Of a stretch of DNA of 46,380 nt, positions 18,014-28,004 are shown one piece after another. Numbering within the stretch: the first letter of the stretch is position 1; the number at the start of each line of letters is the position of its first letter. The stretch comes from an uncultured bacterium (GTDB lineage Bacteria > Schekmanbacteria > GWA2-38-11 > J061). Where the stretch lies: the NCBI GenBank assembly GCA_964549305.1, contig CAZJVM010000018.1, positions 1 to 46,380 of the forward strand. Direction: 5' to 3'. A model generated the notes under the pieces. That model saw nothing but the letters and a program-made list of their open reading frames with translations, was not told the origin of the DNA and ran no database searches. A program made the position numbers and the translations under genes.

Positions 18014-18757
18014 ATGGATAGGAGAATCAATATTTGCGGACTTAAGTTTTCTGACGGAAACCTGGAAGGTATCGCTGAAAGGGCAGTGACCCTTCTTTCA
18101 ACTGAAGGACAATATATGATTTTTCCCGCAAATGTAGATTCGATAATGCTTTCAGAGAAAGATTCATTGCTGGCAAAGATTTATAATGAATCGGCGCTTC
18201 TTTTGGCTGACGGAATGCCGGTGGTCTGGGCTTCAAAAATTTTAGGGACTTCCCTGGAGGAAAAGGTCTCAGGACCTGATTTTCTTCCTGTTTTTCTGAA
18301 AAAAATTGCCGCGACTGATAGTAGCGTCTTTTTACTTGGGGGCAAGGTTGGTATTGCGCACAAGGCGGCAGCGCAGATTAAAGAAAAAATGAACAATTTG
18401 AATGTTGCCGGAGTTATGCACGGTTTTTTTGAAAAAGGCGGTTCCGAAAATGAAGAAGTGCTTAAAATGATTAACGAGTCGGGCGCATCGGTTCTTGTTG
18501 TAGCATTTGGGACTCCTCTTCAGGAAAAATGGATTTATGAGAATCTGCCCCGGCTTAATGTGAGGCTTGCCGTGGGCGTGGGCGCCGCAATTGATTTTAT
18601 TTCAGGGAATAAACAGAGAGCGCCCCGGTGGATGTCAAATTACGGTATAGAGTGGGTGCACCGGCTTTTCAATGAGCCATCGAGGCTTTGGAAGCGCTAT
18701 ATTTTGAGAGATACGATATTTCCTTTCCTGATCCTGAAGTACCGCTTTAAAAGATAA
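18014..18757 (+). CDS. WecB/TagA/CpsF family glycosyltransferase (GT26)
   Basis: LADGMPVVWAS, KVSGPDF, FGTPLQEKW, GVGAAIDF, RAPRW...GIEWVHRL..EPSRLWKRY. ATG 18014 preferred over the track's TTG 17975. Confidence 0.92.
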   Translation: MDRRINICGLKFSDGNLEGIAERAVTLLSTEGQYMIFPANVDSIMLSEKDSLLAKIYNESALLLADGMPVVWASKILGTSLEEKVSGPDFLPVFLKKIAATDSSVFLLGGKVGIAHKAAAQIKEKMNNLNVAGVMHGFFEKGGSENEEVLKMINESGASVLVVAFGTPLQEKWIYENLPRLNVRLAVGVGAAIDFISGNKQRAPRWMSNYGIEWVHRLFNEPSRLWKRYILRDTIFPFLILKYRFKR

Positions 18758-18790
18758 AAAGAAATATTCCCTTATGAGTAATGAAATTTT

Positions 18791-18807
18791 TTGGTGCATT
18801 ATTTGCA
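18791..18807 (+). promoter_or_regulatory. Candidate sigma54 (-24/-12) promoter
   Basis: TTGGTGCATTATTTGCA = TGG-N10-GC with TTGCA, about 80 nt upstream of ATG 18886. Confidence 0.55.
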
Positions 18808-18885
18808 ATTTTCTTTTACATTCTGACATTCCTGAAAAATCGCCGGTGTGCAGTTTGAGTTTGTAATCTAAGTGGCGGAAAGTAA

Positions 18886-20319
18886 ATGCTTAAAGAACAA
18901 AACTGGATAGTTTCAAGGGTAATGCAGATAACGGAACTTTCCCTTGTTGCGGGAAGTTTTTTTCTCTCCTACTACATACGAAACTATTTTTTCCCCGATT
19001 CTTTTACAACTATGCTTCCTGTGGGTGAGTATGCGTGGATTGTACTGCTGATAATTCCTCTTTGGGGAATACTACTGAAATTCAATCACATTTTTGGAAC
19101 ATTCGAAGAAAAATTCACTGTTGCAAGTTTTGGGAAGCTTCTGCTGACTCATTTTTGGGGAATAATGATTCTTGGTAGCGTAATATTTCTTTTTCAAAAA
19201 AAGTATTTCAGCCGTTCATTGATTATTATCTTTGTCATTTTATCGTTGCTCATTTTGACATTGTTCAAACTTTTTATATCTTTCATTTTTCCGCGGATAA
19301 AATCTTTTGGATTTTTAAAAAGAAATATTCTAATCGTGGGCGTTACGGAAGAAGCTTTAAGGATTGCAAAAACCGTTACGGAGCATAAAAAGTGGGGGTT
19401 GAATCTTTTCGGGTTTGTCAAACCTGACACGGAAGTTGAAGAGTCGTTAAACATTGCAGTGGATGAGAATAAAATTCTTTGCAATGTAAGCTCTATGCCT
19501 GAATTAATTCACGACAATGTTATAGATGAGGTCATAATTTGCCTTCCCGGAAGAAATATAAGCGAAATAGAATACCTTCTCTCATTTTGCGAAGAAGAGG
19601 GTGTTAGGGCAAGACTCGCTCTCGAGTATTATCCCATGGTCATTGCAAAACCAAGCCTTGAGTACTTTCACGGGAAACCGCTTCTTACCTTTAACACAAC
19701 TCCTGACAGAAATTTCGAATTATTTCTCAAGCGCTTGTTAGATATGAGCTTTTCCTTTTTAGGGCTTATTCTTTTTTCCCCGTTGTTTCTCCTTGTTGCA
19801 GTGGCAATAAAAGTTTCCGGTGAAGGGCCTGTAATATTCAGCCAAAAAAGAGTCGGTCTTGCGGGAAGGAATTTCACCATATATAAATTTCGCTCAATGA
19901 AGATAGACTCCGAAAAATCCATCGGGAATTTAATTCCTCTTAACGAAAGGGATGGCCCTGTATTTAAAATTCGAAAAGACCCCAGAATCACCCCTGTGGG
20001 AAAGATAATAAGGGCCACATATATTGATGAGCTTCCGCAGCTTGTCAATGTGTTTTTAGGAGATATGAGTCTTGTGGGCCCGAGGCCGCCACTTCCTTCC
20101 GAGGTAACAAAATATGAAAGATGGCAAAGGCGCAGATTATCTTTAAAGCCCGGCATGACCTGTTTTTGGCAGATTTCTGACAGGAAAAGTAATATGAGTT
20201 TTTCCGACTGGATGAAACTTGATTTGAAGTATATAGATGAGTGGAGTCTTGGGACGGATTTAAAAATTTTAATTAGAACTTTGCCAAAGGTAATTAAGGG
20301 GTTTGCGTCGATAAAGTGA
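18886..20319 (+). CDS. Polyprenyl-phosphate sugar phosphotransferase (WcaJ/WbaP-like) #1
   Basis: N-terminal TM helices; KRLLD, YKFRSM, DPRITPVG, IDELPQL, MSLVGPRP, KPGMT. Confidence 0.93.
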   Translation: MLKEQNWIVSRVMQITELSLVAGSFFLSYYIRNYFFPDSFTTMLPVGEYAWIVLLIIPLWGILLKFNHIFGTFEEKFTVASFGKLLLTHFWGIMILGSVIFLFQKKYFSRSLIIIFVILSLLILTLFKLFISFIFPRIKSFGFLKRNILIVGVTEEALRIAKTVTEHKKWGLNLFGFVKPDTEVEESLNIAVDENKILCNVSSMPELIHDNVIDEVIICLPGRNISEIEYLLSFCEEEGVRARLALEYYPMVIAKPSLEYFHGKPLLTFNTTPDRNFELFLKRLLDMSFSFLGLILFSPLFLLVAVAIKVSGEGPVIFSQKRVGLAGRNFTIYKFRSMKIDSEKSIGNLIPLNERDGPVFKIRKDPRITPVGKIIRATYIDELPQLVNVFLGDMSLVGPRPPLPSEVTKYERWQRRRLSLKPGMTCFWQISDRKSNMSFSDWMKLDLKYIDEWSLGTDLKILIRTLPKVIKGFASIK

Positions 20320-20346
20320 TTTTTTGAGTGACTACTCGGAAAATAC

Positions 20347-20375
20347 TTGACAATAAACTCCATCAAAGATAATTT
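20347..20375 (+). promoter_or_regulatory. Candidate sigma70 promoter for the secreted protein gene
   Basis: TTGACA-N17-TAATTT; AAGGAG SD before ATG 20446. Confidence 0.5.
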
Positions 20376-20445
20376 TGTAGTATTAACTTTTGATGTCCCT
20401 ATGTTTATTGTTTTCCTTTAAATAAATTTAAAAAGGAGCAAACTT

Positions 20446-22035
20446 ATGGGAAAAAATATCTTTTCCTCAGAAGTCCGGTTTTTCTTATTTTTATTTCTAT
20501 CAGTTTTACTTATTGGCATCGTTCCTAATGAAAAAAGTGATGCGGCGTTGGCGCCCGGTACCGGGGAAGCATCATTGCGTATCGGCGCTTTAGGCGGTAC
20601 ACTTGAAGTGGAAGACCCTCTTTCACCCTTGTATCAGGCGAGCGTCAATATCAAGCTCAAGGACTACAGAAAAGAGGATGGCAAATACAATTATATAAAA
20701 TATCAGGCGCAGGTTCCTGCAGGGCAAACGGCAGGCACGATTGTGGCAGGAAGCGACAATAAAGTTCTTCAGATATCTTCAAGCGCGTCCATAACAGGGT
20801 CGTTGGGTGAAATACGTTCGGGAAATATTTTGGTGTTGTATCACGATTCCAACGGTGATGGAGATACTGACCAGTTTCCCGCATATTTTATAGACACATC
20901 CAAAATCGATACGGGCAAGAATCAAATTACCCTTATGGGAGATATCCCCGTAACGGGAACATTTGGGATTATCCAGGGTGTGGAAACACCGGAGTTTTCC
21001 ATAGAGGCAGTGCCCTTTCCTTTCCCATGGCCCACTAAGATTCAGGGCGCAAAGGGTAAAGTTCTTGGCATAGGTCCCTGTGTGGCTTTTCAGGTGTCTG
21101 ATATTGCAAATACAGGTTTTTTGAAGGTAAAGGGGAAACGGGTAAACAGATTTCGCAAAAGAGTTAAGATTGTTATTCCATATGATAAAGACGCGGTTTC
21201 CGCTTTGGGACTTGATACATCGAAGATTAAAATCTATTCTCTTACGAGAAACAAGTTTAAAGCCGTTAAGGTCAAAAAAGTAAAAAAATCAGCCGGAGTA
21301 GTTGTTGCAAAAGTTAAGCATTTTACCATTTATCAGGCAGTTATTCCTTTCAGTGAAACAAATTCCATATCCTATGTCACCAATGTAGATGTGAGCGTAA
21401 AGGGAAGCAAAGCTAAGATCAAATACGATTTGGCAGATGCAGATAACGATGCATCGGATGTAAAGATAGAATACAGGAGCAATCCTTCTGCGGACCCTGA
21501 TACGGGATGGAAGACCATCACGACAAGGAAAGGCATAAAGCCAGGCAAAAGAAAGTATAAATGGAATGTTGGTAAACTTAAAACAGGGTATTATCAGGTT
21601 AAAGTTACACCAATTCAGAAAGTTAAAGGAACTAAGGTTTCCGCTATTGAAGCCGGTTCTAAAGTCTTTTTTGTAAAAAACGGAACTTCGTCTGCGAAAT
21701 CACCTTCCGGTTTAAAGGGCTCGGTAAATAACGATAAATCTCCTCCTCAGGTTTCATTGAACTGGAACGCAAATTCTTCTGCTTCAAGTTACAATGTTTA
21801 CAGACAGGCACGATTTGAAACAGGCGGATTGGAAAAAACGTTTCGTTTTATCGCCAACACTTCATCCACATCTTATACCGATACTACAATTCCGAAAACA
21901 TTCTATGAAGCGGCATATCAGGTGACTTCCGTTGATTCTTCCGGGAAAGAAAGTGCTTTTGACCCTAAGAAGGAACTTCGCCTTGCAAGCATAGTGCTTT
22001 CGGGATATGGCGGTTACTACGGGTATTCGGGCTGA
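20446..22035 (+). CDS. Secreted beta-rich protein: signal peptide, ZU5-like domain with insertion, Ig-like and FN3 domains, Gly/Tyr tail
   Basis: Hydrophobic signal ending SDA-A; IGALGGTLEV...GP..F...F.KRV.I.IPYD...I.IY...V.A.V.HFTIY; FN3 pattern PSGL...VSLNW...YNVYR...YTD...YQVTSVD..G.ES. Confidence 0.7.
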   Translation: MGKNIFSSEVRFFLFLFLSVLLIGIVPNEKSDAALAPGTGEASLRIGALGGTLEVEDPLSPLYQASVNIKLKDYRKEDGKYNYIKYQAQVPAGQTAGTIVAGSDNKVLQISSSASITGSLGEIRSGNILVLYHDSNGDGDTDQFPAYFIDTSKIDTGKNQITLMGDIPVTGTFGIIQGVETPEFSIEAVPFPFPWPTKIQGAKGKVLGIGPCVAFQVSDIANTGFLKVKGKRVNRFRKRVKIVIPYDKDAVSALGLDTSKIKIYSLTRNKFKAVKVKKVKKSAGVVVAKVKHFTIYQAVIPFSETNSISYVTNVDVSVKGSKAKIKYDLADADNDASDVKIEYRSNPSADPDTGWKTITTRKGIKPGKRKYKWNVGKLKTGYYQVKVTPIQKVKGTKVSAIEAGSKVFFVKNGTSSAKSPSGLKGSVNNDKSPPQVSLNWNANSSASSYNVYRQARFETGGLEKTFRFIANTSSTSYTDTTIPKTFYEAAYQVTSVDSSGKESAFDPKKELRLASIVLSGYGGYYGYSG

Positions 22036-23984
22036 TTCTGTAATTTCAGACTGAGGATTGAGATTACTTTATCAAGTCCTTTGCGGGCAAGAAAATGCTG
22101 TGGATTGAAACGCAGAGCTTTTTCGTAGTCGTCTCTTGCCTTTAAGTAATTACCGTGCAGGGTATGCAGGTTTCCCCTGTTATAATAGGCATTGGCGCGT
22201 TCTTTCATTAAGATACCGACTTCGTGGGGGCGTAGTTTCAATTCCATCCTCGCTTCCGTTGTTTCAATTACCCTGTTGTATTCTATGAGCGCTTTCGCGT
22301 ATTTCTTTTTCTGAAAGTAAACATTTCCCAGTTCATTGTGCGCGTATCCCAAAAGACGGTTTATATCAGAAACATAGGGAGTAAGGGCACTGGCTTTATT
22401 GCACTCTTCGATGGAATCTTTGAAATTGCCTGTCTTAAAGTAACTCAACCCCAAAGCATATCTGAATTTTGCATTGTTGGGAGAATATGCAAGGGCTTTT
22501 TTAAGGTTAGGGATAGACTTTTCCCATTGTTTATTTACTGAGTGTCTTTCAGATATGGAAAATAATATTTCTCCCGCAAATTGAGTTGTATAAAAATATA
22601 TGCCAAATAACGCCGCAATAGTTACAAATGCGCACAGTGATATTTTATAAAAACGGGATTTAGGCATATTAAAAACAACTGTCTTTTGGTTTTTTCCGGT
22701 TAAATAGGCTGCTGTTATCCAGAAATACATTACGGGGACGGTTTTATAAAAATTGAAGCTTACGAGTGAGTGAATTACCGTTGCCGCAAGCGCGCAGAGA
22801 AATCCTGTGAATATAAATTTTTCGGATTTATCAAGTGTTTTTAGTTTTTTTATGCTCTCTCTGAATATGATAATCAAAAGAAACAGGAATGCTATCATTC
22901 CGAAAAAACCTGTTTCCGCGCCTATTTGCAGAAAATCATTATGCGCCCATTTAAGCATATCATAATCCATTTTAAGCTCGTTGGGAGTTCTGTACTTCTG
23001 GGAAACAATCCAGTAATTTCCAAGCCCGACACCAAAAATAGGGTTGGATTGAATCATGTCAATTGTCCCTTTCCACATTTCAAGGCGCACGAGAATGGTG
23101 ACTATTTTATATTTAAATTCCGATTCTTCGCCCGATGCCACTTTCTGCATTTTTTCAAAGGGTATAAATAACGCTTTGAAGACGTGAGGTTTTGTCGCGG
23201 CAACTCCGGCAGTCAATAAAACCGCGATAACAAGAAAGGCGCCAATCCTTTTCAGAATATACGCTCTGTTTTCCGTTGATACCTTTATGCTTGCCATCGC
23301 GAATATTAATATGCTCGCAATCGAGGCAATCCAACCTCCGCGCGCAAAGGTCAGAGCGAGGGCAGTAATCTGCACAAGGAAAAAAGCTGAATAGATGAGA
23401 GAATAGAGCCTTTTTGTTGAATAAAGGACAAGCGATAGAGTGAGAGGAATTACAATAATCAGATAATGTGCCAGAAAATTGCTGTGTCCTAAAGTTGATT
23501 TAACGGAATTTGCAAGGTTAAAAGATTCTGCGGAATAATATTGATATATTCCTATGAGAGAGATTATTGTGCCTGTTATAGATGATGCAACGGCAATGTA
23601 TGTATAATCTCTTTTATTCAAGCTCTGAATCAAAGCCAGGGAAAATAGGGCGGAGAGCAAAAGTTCGGAGAATGAATCGAGAAAAACATATGGGTTGGTT
23701 ATATTTATAGCCGAGCAAAGGCAAATGGTTACAAAAACAGAAGCAGGAAGCAAAAGCGGTGTACCCGACAAAGTAATTTTCCCCGAGGCAATTCTTTTTA
23801 TGAAAAAGGCGGATAAAAAAATTATAATGAGTATCCTGTAAACAAGAGTTTTTACCGCATTGAAAGGATTCAGTGTCAGTCCTGATATGACAAGTGGAAC
23901 AAATACCACCAAAAGAAGGATGAGTGCAGTAAACAGGTAATTATTTCCCTTTTTTTTCGCTTCAATAGATTTCTGTTTTTTCAA
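22017..23984 (-). CDS. O-antigen ligase / O-oligosaccharyltransferase (Wzy_C) with C-terminal TPRs
   Basis: Many TM helices; STLGHSNFLA, TFARGGW, RLEMW...NPIFGVGLGNY, AHNDFLQIGAETG; TPRs AYYNRGNL...ARDDYEKALRFNP; TTG start with GGAG SD. Confidence 0.85.
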   Translation of the reverse strand: MKKQKSIEAKKKGNNYLFTALILLLVVFVPLVISGLTLNPFNAVKTLVYRILIIIFLSAFFIKRIASGKITLSGTPLLLPASVFVTICLCSAINITNPYVFLDSFSELLLSALFSLALIQSLNKRDYTYIAVASSITGTIISLIGIYQYYSAESFNLANSVKSTLGHSNFLAHYLIIVIPLTLSLVLYSTKRLYSLIYSAFFLVQITALALTFARGGWIASIASILIFAMASIKVSTENRAYILKRIGAFLVIAVLLTAGVAATKPHVFKALFIPFEKMQKVASGEESEFKYKIVTILVRLEMWKGTIDMIQSNPIFGVGLGNYWIVSQKYRTPNELKMDYDMLKWAHNDFLQIGAETGFFGMIAFLFLLIIIFRESIKKLKTLDKSEKFIFTGFLCALAATVIHSLVSFNFYKTVPVMYFWITAAYLTGKNQKTVVFNMPKSRFYKISLCAFVTIAALFGIYFYTTQFAGEILFSISERHSVNKQWEKSIPNLKKALAYSPNNAKFRYALGLSYFKTGNFKDSIEECNKASALTPYVSDINRLLGYAHNELGNVYFQKKKYAKALIEYNRVIETTEARMELKLRPHEVGILMKERANAYYNRGNLHTLHGNYLKARDDYEKALRFNPQHFLARKGLDKVISILSLKLQNQPEYP

Positions 23985-24075
23985 GATTATTTAGCTCCTT
24001 GACTCTGCAGTTATTTTAAAATATATTTCCTTCGCCTTTGCGGACTTTTCTGTCTATAATTATGAATCAAGTATA

Positions 24076-25488
24076 ATGCTAAAAAAACATAACCAGCTGT
24101 TTTTATCAATTTTATTTTTTGCTGACATTATTGTCGTCGCCACTTCGTGGTTGCTTGCCTATTACCTTCGTTTTTTTTATATAAATCTCATTCCCGTAAC
24201 AAAAGGTATTCCGCCTTTTGACGGTTATGTCCTCCTTCTGCTTTTTATTCTTGTAATCTCCGGAGGTATTTTCAGGTCCTTCAAGCTTTACGTTCCGCGC
24301 CGTCACAGTCTTGATGTAGATGAGTTTTTCTGCATCATCAAGTCAACTCTGGCAATAATTATTTTGACAGGATTCATCACGTTTTTTTACAGAAACTACA
24401 CCTATTCCAGAGTTGTGATGATTTATTTCTTCTTTGTTAATGTCTTTTTTATGACAACTGCCAGAGGGATTATAAGAAAAATATTAAAGTATTTCAGAAA
24501 ACGGGGATATAATATCCGGAGGATTGCCATAATCGGCACAGGTGAAGCAGGTGAAAGTTTTTATGAAAAAATCAACTCACATCCGGAAATGGGGTTTAAA
24601 ATTGAGGGATTTATAGATGATACCATAAGAAAAGAATCTCCGGTAATTAAGAAAAGACTTCTTGGTCCTATCGATGAGATTAATTCAATCATCAAAAGAA
24701 ATAAAATTGACCAGATTTATGTTGCTTTGCCCCTTACAGATTACAATACACTGATTCGCGCAATGGAAATACTGAAAAATGAAATGGTGGATATAATTAT
24801 TGTGCCCGACCTTTATCAGTTTATAACCCTCAATGCGGGTGTGGAGGATTTTATGGGGCTTCCCATTATAAACATTACAAGAAGCCCTCTTTACGGCTGG
24901 AACAGTGTTTTAAAGAGAATCGCGGATTTTATAATTTCCCTGACAGCGATTATTATACTTCATACCGTTTTTCCTCTTATGCCGCTTATTTATATTTTAA
25001 CTTTAATCACTTCGGGAAGGCCTGTTATTTACAGACAGAAGCGTATGAGTCTGGATGGCAGAGAATTCATTGTATATAAAATCAGAACAATGATAGTGAA
25101 TGCAGAGGGAAAAACGGGTGCTGTCTGGGCGGTAGCTCATGACAGGCGTTCGACAAAAATAGGATCCATTCTAAGAAGATTGAGTTTAGACGAACTTCCG
25201 CAGTTATTTAATGTGCTGAAAGGCGATATGAGTCTTGTGGGACCAAGGCCCGAACGCCCCGTATTTGTCGATGAATTTAAAAAAACCATACCGAAATATA
25301 TGTTAAGGCACAGAATTAAGGCGGGTTGTACGGGATGGGCACAGGTTAACGGTTGGCGCGGAAATACATCACTTGAAAAAAGAATAGAATATGACCTCTA
25401 TTATCTTGAGAACTGGTCCCTTTCATTTGATTTTAAAATTCTGTGGCTAACACTGTGGAAGGGATTTATAAACAAAAACGCTTATTGA
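24076..25488 (+). CDS. Undecaprenyl-phosphate glucose phosphotransferase (WcaJ-like) #2
   Basis: IIGTGE, KRIADF, YKIRTM, SLDELPQLFNVLKGDMSLVGPRPERP, GCTGWAQVNG.RG, RIEYDLYY..NWS. Confidence 0.93.
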   Translation: MLKKHNQLFLSILFFADIIVVATSWLLAYYLRFFYINLIPVTKGIPPFDGYVLLLLFILVISGGIFRSFKLYVPRRHSLDVDEFFCIIKSTLAIIILTGFITFFYRNYTYSRVVMIYFFFVNVFFMTTARGIIRKILKYFRKRGYNIRRIAIIGTGEAGESFYEKINSHPEMGFKIEGFIDDTIRKESPVIKKRLLGPIDEINSIIKRNKIDQIYVALPLTDYNTLIRAMEILKNEMVDIIIVPDLYQFITLNAGVEDFMGLPIINITRSPLYGWNSVLKRIADFIISLTAIIILHTVFPLMPLIYILTLITSGRPVIYRQKRMSLDGREFIVYKIRTMIVNAEGKTGAVWAVAHDRRSTKIGSILRRLSLDELPQLFNVLKGDMSLVGPRPERPVFVDEFKKTIPKYMLRHRIKAGCTGWAQVNGWRGNTSLEKRIEYDLYYLENWSLSFDFKILWLTLWKGFINKNAY

Positions 25489-25568
25489 CTTTTTTCTTTT
25501 TTCGATTATTAGAATTTAAATTCACTTTGAAATTCAATAATGAGCTGTTTTAAAAACCGGAGATTAGA

Positions 25569-26870
25569 ATGAATATCTGTGTTATCGGGACAGGATATGT
25601 AGGACTTGTAACTGGAGCAGTGTTTGCGGACCTTGGTAATGATGTAATATGCGTGGATAAGATTGAAGAAAAAATAAAAAATTTAAAAGAAGGCATAATG
25701 CCCATTTATGAACCGGGTTTGGAAGAAATGGTTGTGAGAAATTGCAAGGAGGAAAGACTTTTTTTCACTACAAGCATCGAAGAAGGGGTAAGGAAGTCAG
25801 AGGTTGTTTTTATAGCCGTTGGCACACCTCCAAAGGAAAACGGAGAAACAGATCTTTCATTTATCAAAGAAGCTGCAATGGAAATTGCGCAGTCAATCAA
25901 CGGATACAAAGTCATAGTCAATAAATCTACAGTTCCCGTGGGTACGGGAGATCTTGTAAAGAACATAGTCGAAAATAATAAAAAAACGGATGTAAAATTT
26001 GATGTCGTTTCAAACCCGGAATTTCTCCGCGAAGGTTCTGCAATAAGCGATACACTTTATCCGGACAGAATAGTTATAGGAGCGCCTTCTAAAGAAGTTG
26101 CAATGGTTTTGCTTGAGCTTTATGCAACTCTTGAAAGACCTATGATAATTACGGATGTTTACAGCGCTGAAACGATAAAATATGCTTCAAATTCATTTCT
26201 CGCGTTAAAGATATCATTCATTAACTCCGTTGCCAATTTGTGCGAAAAGACGGGAGCAAATGTCGTAGATGTAGCAAAAGGCATGGGACTCGATTCTAGA
26301 ATAGGCAAAAGCTTTCTCGATCCGGGACTCGGGTACGGAGGGTCTTGCTTTCCAAAAGATGTGGACTCTTTCATATATACCGCTCAAAAATATGATACGA
26401 ATTTTCGTATACTGAATGCGGCAGTGGAAGAAAATAAGGAGCGAATTTCTCATTTTGTCAAAAAAATGAAGAAAGCATTGGGGACCGTAGAAGGAAAAAC
26501 CATCGGGATTCTCGGTCTTGCGTTTAAACCCGATACGGACGACATAAGAGAAGCCAAATCCATTGAGCTCATTAACGAGCTTCTAAAGGAAAAATCCACA
26601 ATTCGCGCTTATGATCCCGTCGCAATGGAAAATACAAAGGCGGTTTTACCTAATGTAACCTATTGTGCGAATTCCTATGAAGTTGCCGAAGGTTGTGATG
26701 CTATAGTAATCGTAACGGAATGGCGCGAGTTTAAACAACTTAATATGGAAAAAATAAAATCGGTTATGAAAAGTCCTGTCATATTTGACGGACGCAATAT
26801 CTACGATGTTGAAAGAAAACGCGGCATAGGGTTTAAATATTACAGCGTTGGGAGAAAAGATGCCGAATAG
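25569..26870 (+). CDS. ugd: UDP-glucose 6-dehydrogenase
   Basis: GTGYVG, NKSTVPVG, SNPEFLREG, GYGGSCFPKD, GLAFKPDTDD.RE, FDGRN. Confidence 0.96.
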   Translation: MNICVIGTGYVGLVTGAVFADLGNDVICVDKIEEKIKNLKEGIMPIYEPGLEEMVVRNCKEERLFFTTSIEEGVRKSEVVFIAVGTPPKENGETDLSFIKEAAMEIAQSINGYKVIVNKSTVPVGTGDLVKNIVENNKKTDVKFDVVSNPEFLREGSAISDTLYPDRIVIGAPSKEVAMVLLELYATLERPMIITDVYSAETIKYASNSFLALKISFINSVANLCEKTGANVVDVAKGMGLDSRIGKSFLDPGLGYGGSCFPKDVDSFIYTAQKYDTNFRILNAAVEENKERISHFVKKMKKALGTVEGKTIGILGLAFKPDTDDIREAKSIELINELLKEKSTIRAYDPVAMENTKAVLPNVTYCANSYEVAEGCDAIVIVTEWREFKQLNMEKIKSVMKSPVIFDGRNIYDVERKRGIGFKYYSVGRKDAE

Positions 26871-27741
26871 CATGACGGGATACAGCGAGGCATTGGTTAA
26901 AAAAAAAGATATTAACATAACTGTTTCTTTAAAATCTCTAAACCACAGATTTTTTGAATTATCGTCATTCAAATCCCCCGAGAAATTAAGATACCTTGAA
27001 AAGGATACGCTTGCCCTTCTAAAATCAGCCTTTTCACGCGGAAGGTTTGATGTTTCATTTTTTGTCAATGTGCCTGAATCGGAAAATAGAGCCTTAAGTG
27101 TTGACTGGAAGAGGGCGGAAAATTATTTCGAATTTTTGAAGAAACTGAAAAACAAATATAAAATCAAAGGTGATATTGTAATTTCGGATATTATTTCGGG
27201 AACGGAACTTTTTATAAAGACTGATGAAAAGGAATTAAAGGCAGGCATTGCCGCGGACGCGCTGAAGGCATTGAAGAGTGCCATAGATAAACTTCAAAAA
27301 TCGCGACTTAAGGAAGGTGCTTATCTTGCAAGGGATATCAAGGGGAGAATGAAAGAGGTTAAGAATAAAATTTCTCTCATATCAAAACTATCTTTGTCTA
27401 TGCCTTGCGACTATGCCGAAAAAATGCGCAAAAGATTGAGCAAAATAAATTCAGAAAACGGAGTCAACGAGGAAAAGGTTGCTGAATTGGTTGCCATTAC
27501 CGCAGACAAATGTGATATATCCGAAGAGCTTTCACGTCTTACAATCCATTTACAGAACTTTGGAGAAATAATCGATTCAAAGGGCGAATGCGGAAGAAAG
27601 CTCGAATTTTATTTGCAGGAAATTCACAGGGAAATAAATACTGTTGGCTCAAAAGCGATAAAACCGGAGATAACCGATCAGGTTGTACAGATAAAGAGCG
27701 AACTTGAGAAGGTAAGAGAACAGGTTCAAAATATAGAATAA
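26860..27741 (+). CDS. yicC: YicC/YloC family endoribonuclease
   Basis: [55 protein letters not shown] 26860 after GGAG. Confidence 0.93.
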   Translation: MPNSMTGYSEALVKKKDINITVSLKSLNHRFFELSSFKSPEKLRYLEKDTLALLKSAFSRGRFDVSFFVNVPESENRALSVDWKRAENYFEFLKKLKNKYKIKGDIVISDIISGTELFIKTDEKELKAGIAADALKALKSAIDKLQKSRLKEGAYLARDIKGRMKEVKNKISLISKLSLSMPCDYAEKMRKRLSKINSENGVNEEKVAELVAITADKCDISEELSRLTIHLQNFGEIIDSKGECGRKLEFYLQEIHREINTVGSKAIKPEITDQVVQIKSELEKVREQVQNIE

Positions 27742-27749
27742 GTGAAGTG

Positions 27750-28004
27750 ATGAGTGACTGCCTCATAAATATCGGTTTTAATAATATGGTTTCTCTGACA
27801 AGGGTTATTGCTGTTGTTTCTCCCCTTTCAAGTCCTATGAGGAGAATTAGGGAAGAGTCGAAAAAATCAGGGAAACTTATAGATGTTACTCAGGGGAGAA
27901 AGACACGTTCAATTATTATAATCGATAGCGGACATATAATTCTAAGCGCCCTTACGCCGGAGACAATTTCCCAGAGAATAAACAGTGAAAACGCAAAAGA
28001 TTGA
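27750..28004 (+). CDS. remA: DUF370 / RemA family protein
   Basis: [10 protein letters not shown]...[12 protein letters not shown]...[14 protein letters not shown]...HIILSA..PETI; conserved position between yicC and gmk. Confidence 0.9.
   Translation: MSDCLINIGFNNMVSLTRVIAVVSPLSSPMRRIREESKKSGKLIDVTQGRKTRSIIIIDSGHIILSALTPETISQRINSENAKD

Noticed and set aside
19668-20366. 232-aa minus-strand ORF
   Set aside because: Antisense to the conserved sugar-transferase domain, with no recognisable motifs.
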